A stretch of DNA of 36,322 nucleotides from Promethearchaeota archaeon. GTDB taxonomy: Archaea > Asgardarchaeota > Thorarchaeia > Thorarchaeales > Thorarchaeaceae. The notes beneath the pieces are model-generated. The model was given only the letters and a program-made list of their open reading frames with translations, had not been told where the DNA came from and did no database searches. Below, one piece after another: positions 18,911 through 28,336 of this stretch. The number at the start of each line of letters is the position of its first letter. The first letter of the stretch is position 1. The stretch is from NCBI GenBank assembly GCA_014728035.1, contig WJMJ01000075.1:1-36322 (forward strand), read 5' to 3'. Both the position numbers and the translations under genes were made by a program.

Positions 18911-19899
18911 TCTGCGATTCGCCTCCCTGTAAGCTGTAGGAACACATCATCCAGTGTTGGCTCTTTAACCTCAAAATGCTCGACCTTCAGGTCTGACTTA
19001 TCCCGTAACAACGAGAGCAGTCTGTATGCTAGGTCATATCCATCCTTTGCAGTCACTATAACTTCTGAGTGCCCATTCTTCGAGGTCATACTAGCAGACA
19101 TCACGTCTTCGACTTTTTTGATTCTCTCAAGGTCAGGAATTCCTGAGACCTTCATATGCAAGCTGTCGTAGTCCCGGACACCTTCCTTCAATTCATGAGG
19201 TGTTCCGAAACTCTTGATTTCTCCTTTGTTAATCAGAGCTATCTTATCACAGAGCATGTCAGCTTCGTGCATGTAGTGTGTCGTCAGAAGGATGGTTTTA
19301 TGTTTCAACTCTTGTTTCACGTACTCTCTCAGGTCAGTCGCAAAAGTAGGATCTAATCCTTGAGTCGGCTCGTCCAGAAGCAGCACCGGTGGGTCATGAA
19401 TCAGAGAACGAGCGAACACAATCTTCATTCGCATACCATGACTTAGATTTTCAGCCTTCTCGTCGGCTTTCTCGGTAAGTCCCATTCTGCCTAGTAATTC
19501 GTCGGCACGTTCTTTTGCCTCATTATGCGGCATTCTGTACAACTTAGCGAAAAAGATTAGATTTTCTCTAGCTGAAAGCTTCCAGTAGATGGAACGTTCA
19601 TTACCCTGACAGACGCCCATTGCTGCTCTTGCATAAGCAGACTGTTTCAAGACATCGTAGCCCATCACTCTTGCTGTTCCTGCTGTAGGTAGAACAAGAG
19701 TTGCAATCGTTTTGATCAGTGTGGTCTTTCCTGCTCCATTTGGACCAAGAAGCCCGTAGACCTGGCCCTTTGGAATATCTAATGTGACATCCTTTAGTGC
19801 TTCTACTTTCTTCTTTTCAACCGGAAATACGATAGCCCTTCTCTTCACTGAGATATACGTCTTTGTTAGATTTTCAATCTCAACAGTATAATTTGTCAA
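18907..19899 (-). CDS. ABC exporter ATP-binding protein (DrrA/NatA-like)
   Basis: Walker A 'GPNGAGKTT', signature 'LSHGM', Walker B 'LLLDEPT', H-loop 'TTHYM', C-terminal 'PTLDDVFLQLTG'. Confidence 0.95.
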   Translation of the reverse strand: MTNYTVEIENLTKTYISVKRRAIVFPVEKKKVEALKDVTLDIPKGQVYGLLGPNGAGKTTLIKTIATLVLPTAGTARVMGYDVLKQSAYARAAMGVCQGNERSIYWKLSARENLIFFAKLYRMPHNEAKERADELLGRMGLTEKADEKAENLSHGMRMKIVFARSLIHDPPVLLLDEPTQGLDPTFATDLREYVKQELKHKTILLTTHYMHEADMLCDKIALINKGEIKSFGTPHELKEGVRDYDSLHMKVSGIPDLERIKKVEDVMSASMTSKNGHSEVIVTAKDGYDLAYRLLSLLRDKSDLKVEHFEVKEPTLDDVFLQLTGRRIAD

Positions 19900-20249
19900 T
19901 ATTATCTTCTCCCAGAAATTAGGGAAATTATGTTCATCATTTCATGAGACCTATCATGTTCTATGAATATCTTTAACTCAAGGTCTCCGAGTGGAAAAGG
20001 TTCAGCCTATCGTCTGAGGAACATAAAAGCACCAGTGCAAGGGTGATTATCTCCAGTTATTAATTTTATCAGAAATGCAAGGTGATGCGGAAAATTATCA
20101 AATGTTTGAATACGGTCATTATATTTGATTCAACTCTGGATGAGTTTCTAGTCAGTTATTCTAATGGTATGTATGTGGGATATACCATTGATTTTGAACA
20201 ATCTTTGAACATCAACAACATATTTAATCGTGCTACCGTCTGCACCAGT

Positions 20250-21149
20250 ATGCAGATTCAACCTGATGTCTTGTTTGGAGCAGTTATGGGGTTGCTCAGT
20301 GCCGCTCTTTACGCTGGTTCTGTGGTGGTATATCGTTCTCAAGCAGAAGAGATGTCAGCCATTCAGGTTTCTGCAACAAAGATGTGGACTGCTTTACCAG
20401 TAATGGCTTTCTTAGTTGTGATAGGATTAGCACCCGATCTTCTCACACTTACGCAACCCATCGTACTTATTCTTGCCCTCTCTATCATTCTTGGCGCAGT
20501 AATAGGAGATACTGTCTATCTTGTTAGTCAAGAGAGAATAGGAGTAAGTTATGCATTTCCGATTGCCATGTCTTTTCCAATTACAACCTACTTCTTAACG
20601 GTGTTCTTTCTAGGTGAACCTCTCTTACTTTCAAGGCTAATGGGGGTAGTAATTACAGTTCTAGGAGTCATTGTCATTTCACGAGAACAAGAATTCTCAG
20701 AAGATGAGACCAAACCCAAGCTAGATCTCTTTGGTATCCTTCTAGCAATAATCACTTCCCTTCTCTACGCGGTTGGAACTACTATCTTGCAGGTTGGTGT
20801 CACCGACGTTGACCCAATCTCTGCTAATTTTGTAAGGGTACTAGCTGGGTCTATAGCATTCATTCCTCTAGTTGGCTATGGCCTTCATGTTGATGTGAAA
20901 CGCCCAAGTAAACAAAACATCAAAATTGTAATGGTTGCTGCTTTCTTCGGTATGGCCATTGGCTCTATTCTATTTGTCACCTCAGTGAAATTTGCTGGAG
21001 CAGCTGTAATGTCTGTTATGAGCTCGACCGCCCCATTATTTGCAGTACCCATATCTGTGTTCTATCTAAAAGAGCGTTTGACTCGTCTTGCCGGAGTCGG
21101 TATTATTGCTACAGTGGTTGGAATCATACTCGTCGTAATGGCATTCTAG
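20250..21149 (+). CDS. EamA/DMT family transporter
   Basis: Two 5-TM repeats ending 'FFLGEP' and 'FYLKERL'. ATG 20250 is preferred over GTG 20082. Confidence 0.88.
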   Translation: MQIQPDVLFGAVMGLLSAALYAGSVVVYRSQAEEMSAIQVSATKMWTALPVMAFLVVIGLAPDLLTLTQPIVLILALSIILGAVIGDTVYLVSQERIGVSYAFPIAMSFPITTYFLTVFFLGEPLLLSRLMGVVITVLGVIVISREQEFSEDETKPKLDLFGILLAIITSLLYAVGTTILQVGVTDVDPISANFVRVLAGSIAFIPLVGYGLHVDVKRPSKQNIKIVMVAAFFGMAIGSILFVTSVKFAGAAVMSVMSSTAPLFAVPISVFYLKERLTRLAGVGIIATVVGIILVVMAF

Positions 21150-21165
21150 AATGTTAATTTCCATT

Positions 21166-21399
21166 TCATAACGAGAGATGTTCCTCTATGATGTCATCTC
21201 AAAAATCCTTGAAGTACATCCATTCTGGGGTAATTAACTGATCTATAATCTGAACCTCATCATATGTTGATTGCACTCGGTTTCGAATTCTACGGGTATA
21301 CTTTACATTGGGACTGAGAAATATCATAAACAACTGAGGTTTGTTCAGCACACGATAGCTCAGCCAATATGATTCATGTAATTCACATTGTATATGGAA
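21166..21399 (-). pseudogene. Probable gene remnant (possibly the C-terminus of an Lrp/AsnC-like regulator)
   Basis: 66 open codons without a good start, ...ELHESYWLSYRVLNKPQLFMIFLSPNVKYTRRIRNRVQSTYDEVQIIDQLITPEWMYFKDF, then TGA (21199-21201), then DDIIEEHLSL*. Confidence 0.35.
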
Positions 21400-21473
21400 T
21401 CATAATGGTAATTCTATTTTTCAACATATTGAAGAGGTGAATTTTGGAGTCTTCGTGACTCCATCCTCTCTCT

Positions 21474-22403
21474 TCATGGTGCTGATTGCAGTTTTACTTT
21501 GACATCCTGTTTCTCATCACCACGATAAAAAACAACATCTATGTTATCCCCGACACTTCTTTTGAAGATAGCAGCTCGGAGATCTTGCATTCCTGTTATC
21601 TCGTTATCATCAATAGCAGTAATCACGTCTCCTGATTTCAGTCCAGCTCGTCTTGATGGACCTTGTGGCACTTCAAGAACAAGTGCACCTTGGTTAACTG
21701 ATAGCTTGTAGTGAGTTGCAATACCTTTGTTCAAAGTTGCACCCATTATTCCCATCCATGGCGTTGCGATTGTACCAGTCTGAATAATCTCTTCAAATGC
21801 ATCTTCTATTCTATCAGAGGCAATAGCAAACCCAATTCCTTGACTCCAAGGAATCATGGCAGTTGGTAGACCTATTAATTTACCATCAGTATTGACCAGT
21901 GCCCCTCCACTATTGCCAGGATTAATTTGAGCAGACGTTTGAATAAGCCCTTCTAGAAATGCTTGTCTGTTCGATATAGTTCTCTCAAGTGCACTTACCA
22001 CTCCAAAGGTAATGGTAGCACCTAGACCAAGAGGATGTCCTACTGCAATAGCAAACTGTCCTACTTTTAATCCACCCGACTTTGCGAATTCTATGGGTGC
22101 AAATTCTCCCGAATCAATTTTCAAGATAGCTAAGTCTTGTACTTTTGATTTACCAATAATCTCAGCACGATAGGTCCGTCCGTCGTCAATTGTAACCTCA
22201 ACGTCTTGGACCCCGGAAACAACATGAGCATTTGTTACTATATGCCCTTCACTAGTCAGAATTACTCCAGATCCCTGACCTTTTACTGGTACTACACCTG
22301 ATAACTGTGTTTCTGCTAGTTTTGTGATAGTCACACTTACTACACTTGGAACAACTTTCTCAACTACTTCAATCATCATCTGTTCTAGTCTATGAAGCAC
22401 CAT
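21474..22403 (-). CDS. htrA: HtrA/DegP-family trypsin-like serine protease with one PDZ domain
   Basis: Catalytic triad motifs 'TNAHVV', 'DLAILK' and 'NPGNSGG'; C-terminal PDZ 'AGLKSGDVITAID'; no signal peptide or TM segment. Confidence 0.9.
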   Translation of the reverse strand: MVLHRLEQMMIEVVEKVVPSVVSVTITKLAETQLSGVVPVKGQGSGVILTSEGHIVTNAHVVSGVQDVEVTIDDGRTYRAEIIGKSKVQDLAILKIDSGEFAPIEFAKSGGLKVGQFAIAVGHPLGLGATITFGVVSALERTISNRQAFLEGLIQTSAQINPGNSGGALVNTDGKLIGLPTAMIPWSQGIGFAIASDRIEDAFEEIIQTGTIATPWMGIMGATLNKGIATHYKLSVNQGALVLEVPQGPSRRAGLKSGDVITAIDDNEITGMQDLRAAIFKRSVGDNIDVVFYRGDEKQDVKVKLQSAP

Positions 22404-22582
22404 AATCTACCATCGTAAACAATTGTTAAAATATTATAAACACTTTGCTATCTGCCTATAGCCACTAGTTCTCCTAGATATGACATTTATAGACGATATT
22501 CGATGTTGTATGTTTGGGCAATTTTGGTAGTTACTACCATGTTTAAAAAAGGAAATCCTTATTCTCATAAAAACCAGTTAGG

Positions 22583-25183
22583 TTATTGAGTATTTTCAAC
22601 AATTGGAAAATGAAGAATGAACTTGGCACCTTCTGAAGCATTACCTTCTATCCTATCAGTAACATCTATTTTTCCACCATATTTTTCAATAATCTGAACA
22701 CTTTGATGCAGGCCGATTCCACCATATCTTCTTGCCATATCAAATAATTCCTCTTTTCTGGAATCTGGAATTCCTTGACCGTTATCCGCAATCTCTAAGA
22801 AGTATTCATTTCCTCGTTGCTTTAAGGAAACCCATATTTTTCGATCTTCATTCGGATTATGTTCTATTGCATTTACTATGATATTAGACAACAGAAGCTC
22901 AAGATATTCATCTGCCATGATTGTTGCTTGCTTTTTTGAAAATGACTTGATGAACTCAGTATTGGACACACGAGTTTCAATCGCTTCGAGTACACCTTTC
23001 AACGCGGCTTCCAGAGACCTTTTTGCAAGTGGTACTTCAATCAAATCCTCGGTCGTTTTGACTTCATCTATCAATCTAGAACAACGTTGAACTGAAAGCT
23101 GAAGTATATCAAAAAATGAATCTTTGACCTTTGCATCAGTAGCACTATGCATTAATGTTGCACTGTTTAGGATGACTTGCAATTGATTTCTAATATCATG
23201 ACACATTAAGTCAAGATATAGACCTGCTCTATCTCTTGCTGTTCTAATTTCCTTCTCAGCAGACAGTCTATCAGTAATATCTACTAACACGGTCTGGATT
23301 GAAGCTTTTCCAAAATAATCAATGGGGGTAGCGTATGCCTCAACCCAATGTATTTCTCCTTTGCTATCAATTAGTCTATATTCATGTCTTGGTTGAGTTG
23401 GTCTTCCAGATTCAGCTGCTTCAATTCTATTCTTTAGTATCTGGCGATCATCAGGATGAATTAAATGCCATATTTCTTTCAAGTCCATTTCCATCAGATG
23501 ATCGATTGAATATCCCACCAAATTCGCAAATGTTCTATTCACATAGGAAAATCCATCTTTATTCAGGATTGTTAACCCCTGAAATGATTGTTCAGCAAGT
23601 GAGCGATATTTGGCTTCGGATTTTTTGATAGATTCATCAGCTTTCTTTCGCTCAGTAATATCTTGAAATGTCCCCAATACACCAATGACATTTCCGTCAT
23701 CATCATGCAGAGGAACTCGATTGATTTCCCACCATGCTTGTTTCCCATCCGCATGATGTATATGCTTCTCTTCACGAAATAGTGGTTTGTTTGTTTCTAT
23801 TACCAGCTTATCAGATTCAATAAGGTCTCGACTCTGTTCTTTGGTCCAAGCTAAGTCAAAATCCGTTTTGCCAATTATTTTATCTGGACTGCCTACACCA
23901 GCAATCAAAGCAAAATTGAAATTACATCCTAGATAAGTTGATTCTTTATCTTTCCAAAACACATACTGAGGAATACTATTCATAATCAGTCGAAGCATGT
24001 CTTGTGATTGTCTAAGACGCGTTTCTGCTACACTACGTTTTGATATATCTCGTATCTCTGCTTGAACAATTGTTTCCTCGTCTATTTTGATTGAAGTCGC
24101 AGAAACTTCTGCTGGGAATATATTACCATTTTTCTTCTTGAATTCAATGTGAAATGTATATTGTCCTCTCTCAGCGAGCACTCTGAAAGGATCAGTATCC
24201 ATAGAATCAATATCAACCGGTAGATCATGAACATTCATTGATAGGAGCTCGTCTCTTGAATATCCAAACATTTCTTCTGCTCGTTTGTTGATTTCAACTA
24301 TCTTTCCTTTCATGTCATGTACGATGATACCATCATTGCTTAGATGAAATAATGCACTATACTTTCGTTGACTCGTCCTTAGAGCTTCCTCAACTCGGAT
24401 TTGACTTGTTATGTCAATCAGTAGAACCATGAGTGATTCTTGACCTGAGAATATAATCGGTGTTGAATATGCTCTAACCCAGACGATATTGCCGTCCTTC
24501 CCAACAAATCTGTACTTGTATGCTTTTTCTTCGACAATACCTTTGTTCCTCTTTTCAGCTCGTTCCAATAGCATCTCTTTATCTTCAGGATGAACAAGAT
24601 CCCACATGTCTTCTGGACTCATATTCAATATTTCGTCAGGTGTATAACCAAGCCAAGAAGCAAATGCAGGATTTACGTAAATATAACGGTCTCCAGAAAT
24701 GACCGTAATCCCTTGGAGGCTATTTTCCGCAAGAGTACGATAGTTCTCTTCAGACTGATTCAAAGCCTCCTCCATCTTTCTTCGTTCAGTGATATCTGTT
24801 ACAAGTGCAAAAGACCCTTTATGAGTACCATCTTCATCAGTGAGCGGTGCTGCTGAGATGATTGTTGGAAGAATAGAACCATCAGATTTTTCCCATTCCA
24901 ATTCATATTGAGATGAAGTTCCTGTTTTTCGTCTTTCCACGTGATCACTAACTAAATCTGCATTTTCTTTATCGAGAAAGTCTGAGAGTGGTCTTCCAAC
25001 TAGCTCTGATTCATCTCTCTCAAGCATCTGGAGAAGTCTCTTGTTTGCGTAAGTTATCACTCCATCTTCATCTACTGCAATAAAGCCATCAAACATCGAA
25101 TCTACTAGCGTTTGGTATCGCATGATTTCTTCTTTTGAGCTAATTTCTAACGAACTATCTGATGAATCAGGTTTGCCTTTCAT
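22583..25183 (-). CDS. 5xPAS sensor histidine kinase (HK4)
   Basis: Five PAS/PAC units ending DITERR, DITSQ, DISKR, DITERK and DITDR; H-box 'LMCHDIRNQLQ', 'NIIVNAIEHN', 'ADNGQGI', 'GGIGL'. Alternative TTG start at 25213. Confidence 0.92.
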   Translation of the reverse strand: MKGKPDSSDSSLEISSKEEIMRYQTLVDSMFDGFIAVDEDGVITYANKRLLQMLERDESELVGRPLSDFLDKENADLVSDHVERRKTGTSSQYELEWEKSDGSILPTIISAAPLTDEDGTHKGSFALVTDITERRKMEEALNQSEENYRTLAENSLQGITVISGDRYIYVNPAFASWLGYTPDEILNMSPEDMWDLVHPEDKEMLLERAEKRNKGIVEEKAYKYRFVGKDGNIVWVRAYSTPIIFSGQESLMVLLIDITSQIRVEEALRTSQRKYSALFHLSNDGIIVHDMKGKIVEINKRAEEMFGYSRDELLSMNVHDLPVDIDSMDTDPFRVLAERGQYTFHIEFKKKNGNIFPAEVSATSIKIDEETIVQAEIRDISKRSVAETRLRQSQDMLRLIMNSIPQYVFWKDKESTYLGCNFNFALIAGVGSPDKIIGKTDFDLAWTKEQSRDLIESDKLVIETNKPLFREEKHIHHADGKQAWWEINRVPLHDDDGNVIGVLGTFQDITERKKADESIKKSEAKYRSLAEQSFQGLTILNKDGFSYVNRTFANLVGYSIDHLMEMDLKEIWHLIHPDDRQILKNRIEAAESGRPTQPRHEYRLIDSKGEIHWVEAYATPIDYFGKASIQTVLVDITDRLSAEKEIRTARDRAGLYLDLMCHDIRNQLQVILNSATLMHSATDAKVKDSFFDILQLSVQRCSRLIDEVKTTEDLIEVPLAKRSLEAALKGVLEAIETRVSNTEFIKSFSKKQATIMADEYLELLLSNIIVNAIEHNPNEDRKIWVSLKQRGNEYFLEIADNGQGIPDSRKEELFDMARRYGGIGLHQSVQIIEKYGGKIDVTDRIEGNASEGAKFILHFPIVENTQ

Positions 25184-25344
25184 GGATGCATCACGCAGAA
25201 CGAAATTTTTCAATAAATCATTGATATGTAATTGGTTGTATTAATCAGGATATAATCTTTAACCATTAAAATTCTAGCGATAAAACTCAATAGATGGAAG
25301 TAATACCCATTAGTTTGAAGTCACACTTTCAGGAAATGAGAAAG

Positions 25345-26868
25345 ATGGACAACGAAGATTGGACTTGGATTGGTGATTGGTCTGGCAGACGTGCTCTATT
25401 GACTCCTGCAAAAGAAGCTCTCGTAGATAATGTCACTGGTACAAGATATAGTTATTCAGAACTGAACGTTGAAGCTAACAAGCTTGCTAGGCTTCTTTTG
25501 GATTGTGATATACAGAAGGGTGATCGAGTTGGTGTGTACAGCAAGAACCGATTCGAAATGATTTCACTCTTTCTGGCTACTGGAAAAATTGGTGCTATTT
25601 TGGTTCCTATGAACTATCGACTTGCAACTAGGGAAACACTCTATCTTATTCAAAAAACAGATCCAGCTATCATGTTCTACGATGAAGAATTGCAGGACTC
25701 TTTTTTGGGTGTAATCTCCAAACTTGAAGACCGTTCACTTTTCGTTTTTGGTAAACAAACTGATGATGCACAGTCTTTGAGCAATAAACTATCAAAGACT
25801 AGCAAGAAACCTATCGATAAACCAACACTTGAGTTCGATGACCCCGCATTGATTGTGTTCACTGGCGGAACCACTGGTCTTCCTAAAGGTGCAATTTTGT
25901 CTCATCGGCTGGTATTTTGGAATTCAGTGAACACCATCACATCATGGGGCTTGAGACCTGATGATATCCAACCTCTGCTATTTCCACTGTTTCACACTGG
26001 TGGCTGGAATGTGTTACTCGTGCCATTCTATCATATTGGAGCAACTACCATCCTAATGGGTGATTTCAATCCTGATGAAACTCTCAAGGTTATTGAGAAG
26101 GAGCAGGCATCCATCGTCATTGGTGTTCCAACAATGTTTCAAATGATTGCTCAATCCAAGAAATTCGCAACCACTAATTTGGACTCTGTTCGTGTATTCA
26201 TCAGTGGTGGAGCTCCTTGTCCTGTTGCTATAATGGAGAACTACTGGGATCGTGGAAAGGATTTCAAGATGGGCTATGGTCTAACTGAAGTTGGTCCAAA
26301 CAACTTCTATCTTCCTGAGAGTAGAATTAGGGAAAAACCTAATTCAGTTGGCTTTCCGGTTCTCCACTGTGATATGCGAATAGTTGATGATGACCTAGTA
26401 GATGTCACTGATGGCGAGGTTGGTGAATTATTGTTGAAAGGTCCTCACATCTTTAGCGGCTATTGGGACGAACCAGAAGAAACAAAGAAGACAATAGAAC
26501 CAGACGGTTGGGTTCATACTGGAGACCTTGTAAGAAAAGATCAGGAGGGATTTTATTTCATAGAAGGTAGGAAAAAAGACATGTTCATCTCAGGCGGAGA
26601 GAATGTGTATCCTACTGAAATAGAGGAGTTACTCTATAAACATCCTGCTGTTTTGGAAGCTGCTGTGATTGGGGTTCCAGATGAGAAGTGGGGTGAAGTA
26701 GGGAAAGCTATTGTTTCTTTGAAAGAAGGAACATCAGTCGAACCTGAAGCTTTGAAAGAGTTTTTGCAAGGAAAACTCGCAAAATACAAAATACCAAAAT
26801 ATTACCAGATTCTTGCTGAACTTCCAAAAAGTGGAGCCGGCAAGATTCTGAAGAGGGAGCTTTCCTAG
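25345..26868 (+). CDS. Acyl-CoA synthetase / AMP-dependent ligase (FadD/MenE-like)
   Basis: 'FTGGTTGLPKG', 'GYGLTE', 'HTGDL', 'ISGGENVYP', 'PKSGAGKILK'. Alternative starts at 25336 and 25294. Confidence 0.92.
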   Translation: MDNEDWTWIGDWSGRRALLTPAKEALVDNVTGTRYSYSELNVEANKLARLLLDCDIQKGDRVGVYSKNRFEMISLFLATGKIGAILVPMNYRLATRETLYLIQKTDPAIMFYDEELQDSFLGVISKLEDRSLFVFGKQTDDAQSLSNKLSKTSKKPIDKPTLEFDDPALIVFTGGTTGLPKGAILSHRLVFWNSVNTITSWGLRPDDIQPLLFPLFHTGGWNVLLVPFYHIGATTILMGDFNPDETLKVIEKEQASIVIGVPTMFQMIAQSKKFATTNLDSVRVFISGGAPCPVAIMENYWDRGKDFKMGYGLTEVGPNNFYLPESRIREKPNSVGFPVLHCDMRIVDDDLVDVTDGEVGELLLKGPHIFSGYWDEPEETKKTIEPDGWVHTGDLVRKDQEGFYFIEGRKKDMFISGGENVYPTEIEELLYKHPAVLEAAVIGVPDEKWGEVGKAIVSLKEGTSVEPEALKEFLQGKLAKYKIPKYYQILAELPKSGAGKILKRELS

Positions 26869-26876
26869 GAGGTAAA

Positions 26877-27905
26877 ATGATGAAGAATAGTCTGATTGGA
26901 ATAGAATCAATAGGTGTTTACATACCTGAAGAGCGACACACTGCAGAATACATCTCATCACAATCTGGTACACCTGTGGATATTATCAAGACAAAAATTG
27001 GAATGAAGAGCAAAGCAGTTCCAGGCCCACATGATCATACTGTCGCAATGGGTGTGAAAGCAGCAAAAGTTGCAATTGAACGAGCTGGAATTGATCCTGC
27101 TAAAGACATCGACCTCTGTATTTGGGCTGGTGAAGTTCATGCTGAACACCCAATGCAGACATACGGGATAAAATTCCAGGGAGATGTCGGTGCAACAAGT
27201 GCATGGGCATTCGATGTAAATCAACGATGCGGTACGGTAGTAGTAGCCATGATGCTTGCAAAATCTTTGATGCAGACCCAAGGGTATAAACGTGTCTTGA
27301 TTGGTAGTGGCTATCGAAATAGCGATTTGATAGATTATTCCAATATCCGAACCAGATTCATGCATGATCTTGCTGCGAGTGGTGTAGCTATGATTATGAC
27401 TCGAGACTATCCTAAAAATATTGTTCTAGAAGGGAGTGTTATCTCGGACGGGCAATTCTCTGAAGATGTTTATGTTCCAGCTGGGGGCACAGTTATGCCT
27501 GCAACCTGTGAGACCATAAAGAAAGGGTTGCATTATCTTGATGTTACAGACCCTGAAGGTCTCAAGAAACGATTGGACAAACTCTCTATGCAGAATTTTC
27601 TCCGGGTGGTGGATGAATCTCTTGAAAAGTCTGGGCATACCCGTGAAGATATCGATTATCTAGGTCTCATCAGAATGAAACGAAGCGCTTTCGAATATGT
27701 CGCTAATGAACTCGGAGTCGACCCTTATGACCAATCCACGTATTTCGAAGAATGGGGGCACATGGGACAGAATGATGCCATTGTTTCAATAGAAGAAGGT
27801 CTCAAGGACGGAAAGATAAAGGATGGAGATATTGTAGTTCTGACTGCAGCAGGAATTGGTTGGTCTTGGAACGCAATGACAATCAAATGGGGCCCAACTA
27901 AATAG
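26877..27905 (+). CDS. 3-oxoacyl-ACP synthase III (FabH)-like condensing enzyme
   Basis: Catalytic Cys 'AFDVNQRCGT', 'WGHMGQND', C-terminal 'AAGIGWSW'; strong GGAGGT RBS. Confidence 0.85.
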   Translation: MMKNSLIGIESIGVYIPEERHTAEYISSQSGTPVDIIKTKIGMKSKAVPGPHDHTVAMGVKAAKVAIERAGIDPAKDIDLCIWAGEVHAEHPMQTYGIKFQGDVGATSAWAFDVNQRCGTVVVAMMLAKSLMQTQGYKRVLIGSGYRNSDLIDYSNIRTRFMHDLAASGVAMIMTRDYPKNIVLEGSVISDGQFSEDVYVPAGGTVMPATCETIKKGLHYLDVTDPEGLKKRLDKLSMQNFLRVVDESLEKSGHTREDIDYLGLIRMKRSAFEYVANELGVDPYDQSTYFEEWGHMGQNDAIVSIEEGLKDGKIKDGDIVVLTAAGIGWSWNAMTIKWGPTK

Positions 27906-27916
27906 GAGATGTAAAA

Positions 27917-28336
27917 ATGAAAGTAACAAAGTATGAAGATCTGAAGATCGGTGATGATGCCGAAGTAGTTCACACCATCACTGAAGAAGACATTGAAACA
28001 TTCGGAAAATTGAGTGGGGACCGCAATCCTGTTCATTTCAATGAAGAATGGGCAAAGACCACTCTATTCAAGAGCCGTATCGCTCATGGCATTCTAACTG
28101 CATCCTACATTAGTACAGCAATTGGAATGCATCTTCCCGGACCTGGCACAATCTATCTTGGTCAAGAGATGAAGTTTCTTCGACCTGTTCGAATTGGAGA
28201 CACGATTACTGCCAGAGTTGAGGTCACCAAAAAAGATGATGAGAAAAAACGAGTCACACTCAAGACTACTTGTACTAATCAGCATGGCAAAGTTGTGCTT
28301 GATGGAAGTGCTACCGTGACTCTAATGCAGATGTGA
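27917..28336 (+). CDS. MaoC-family (R)-specific enoyl-CoA hydratase/dehydratase (PhaJ-like)
   Basis: 'SGDRNPVHFN' (Asp/His dyad), 'IAHG', 'LPGPGTIY', 'FLRPVRIGD'; AGGAG RBS. Confidence 0.92.
   Translation: MKVTKYEDLKIGDDAEVVHTITEEDIETFGKLSGDRNPVHFNEEWAKTTLFKSRIAHGILTASYISTAIGMHLPGPGTIYLGQEMKFLRPVRIGDTITARVEVTKKDDEKKRVTLKTTCTNQHGKVVLDGSATVTLMQM

Noticed and set aside
19900-20249. 350-bp divergent gap with a short repeat TGCAAG(G)GTGAT and weak TCATG dyads
   Set aside because: Too short and degenerate to distinguish from chance. The ORF-track N-terminal extension of eamA looks non-coding.
21445-21463. Hairpin TGGAGTC-TTCGT-GACTCCA after htrA
   Set aside because: No U-tract follows on the htrA strand. 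It may be a 3' stem but is not supportable as a terminator.
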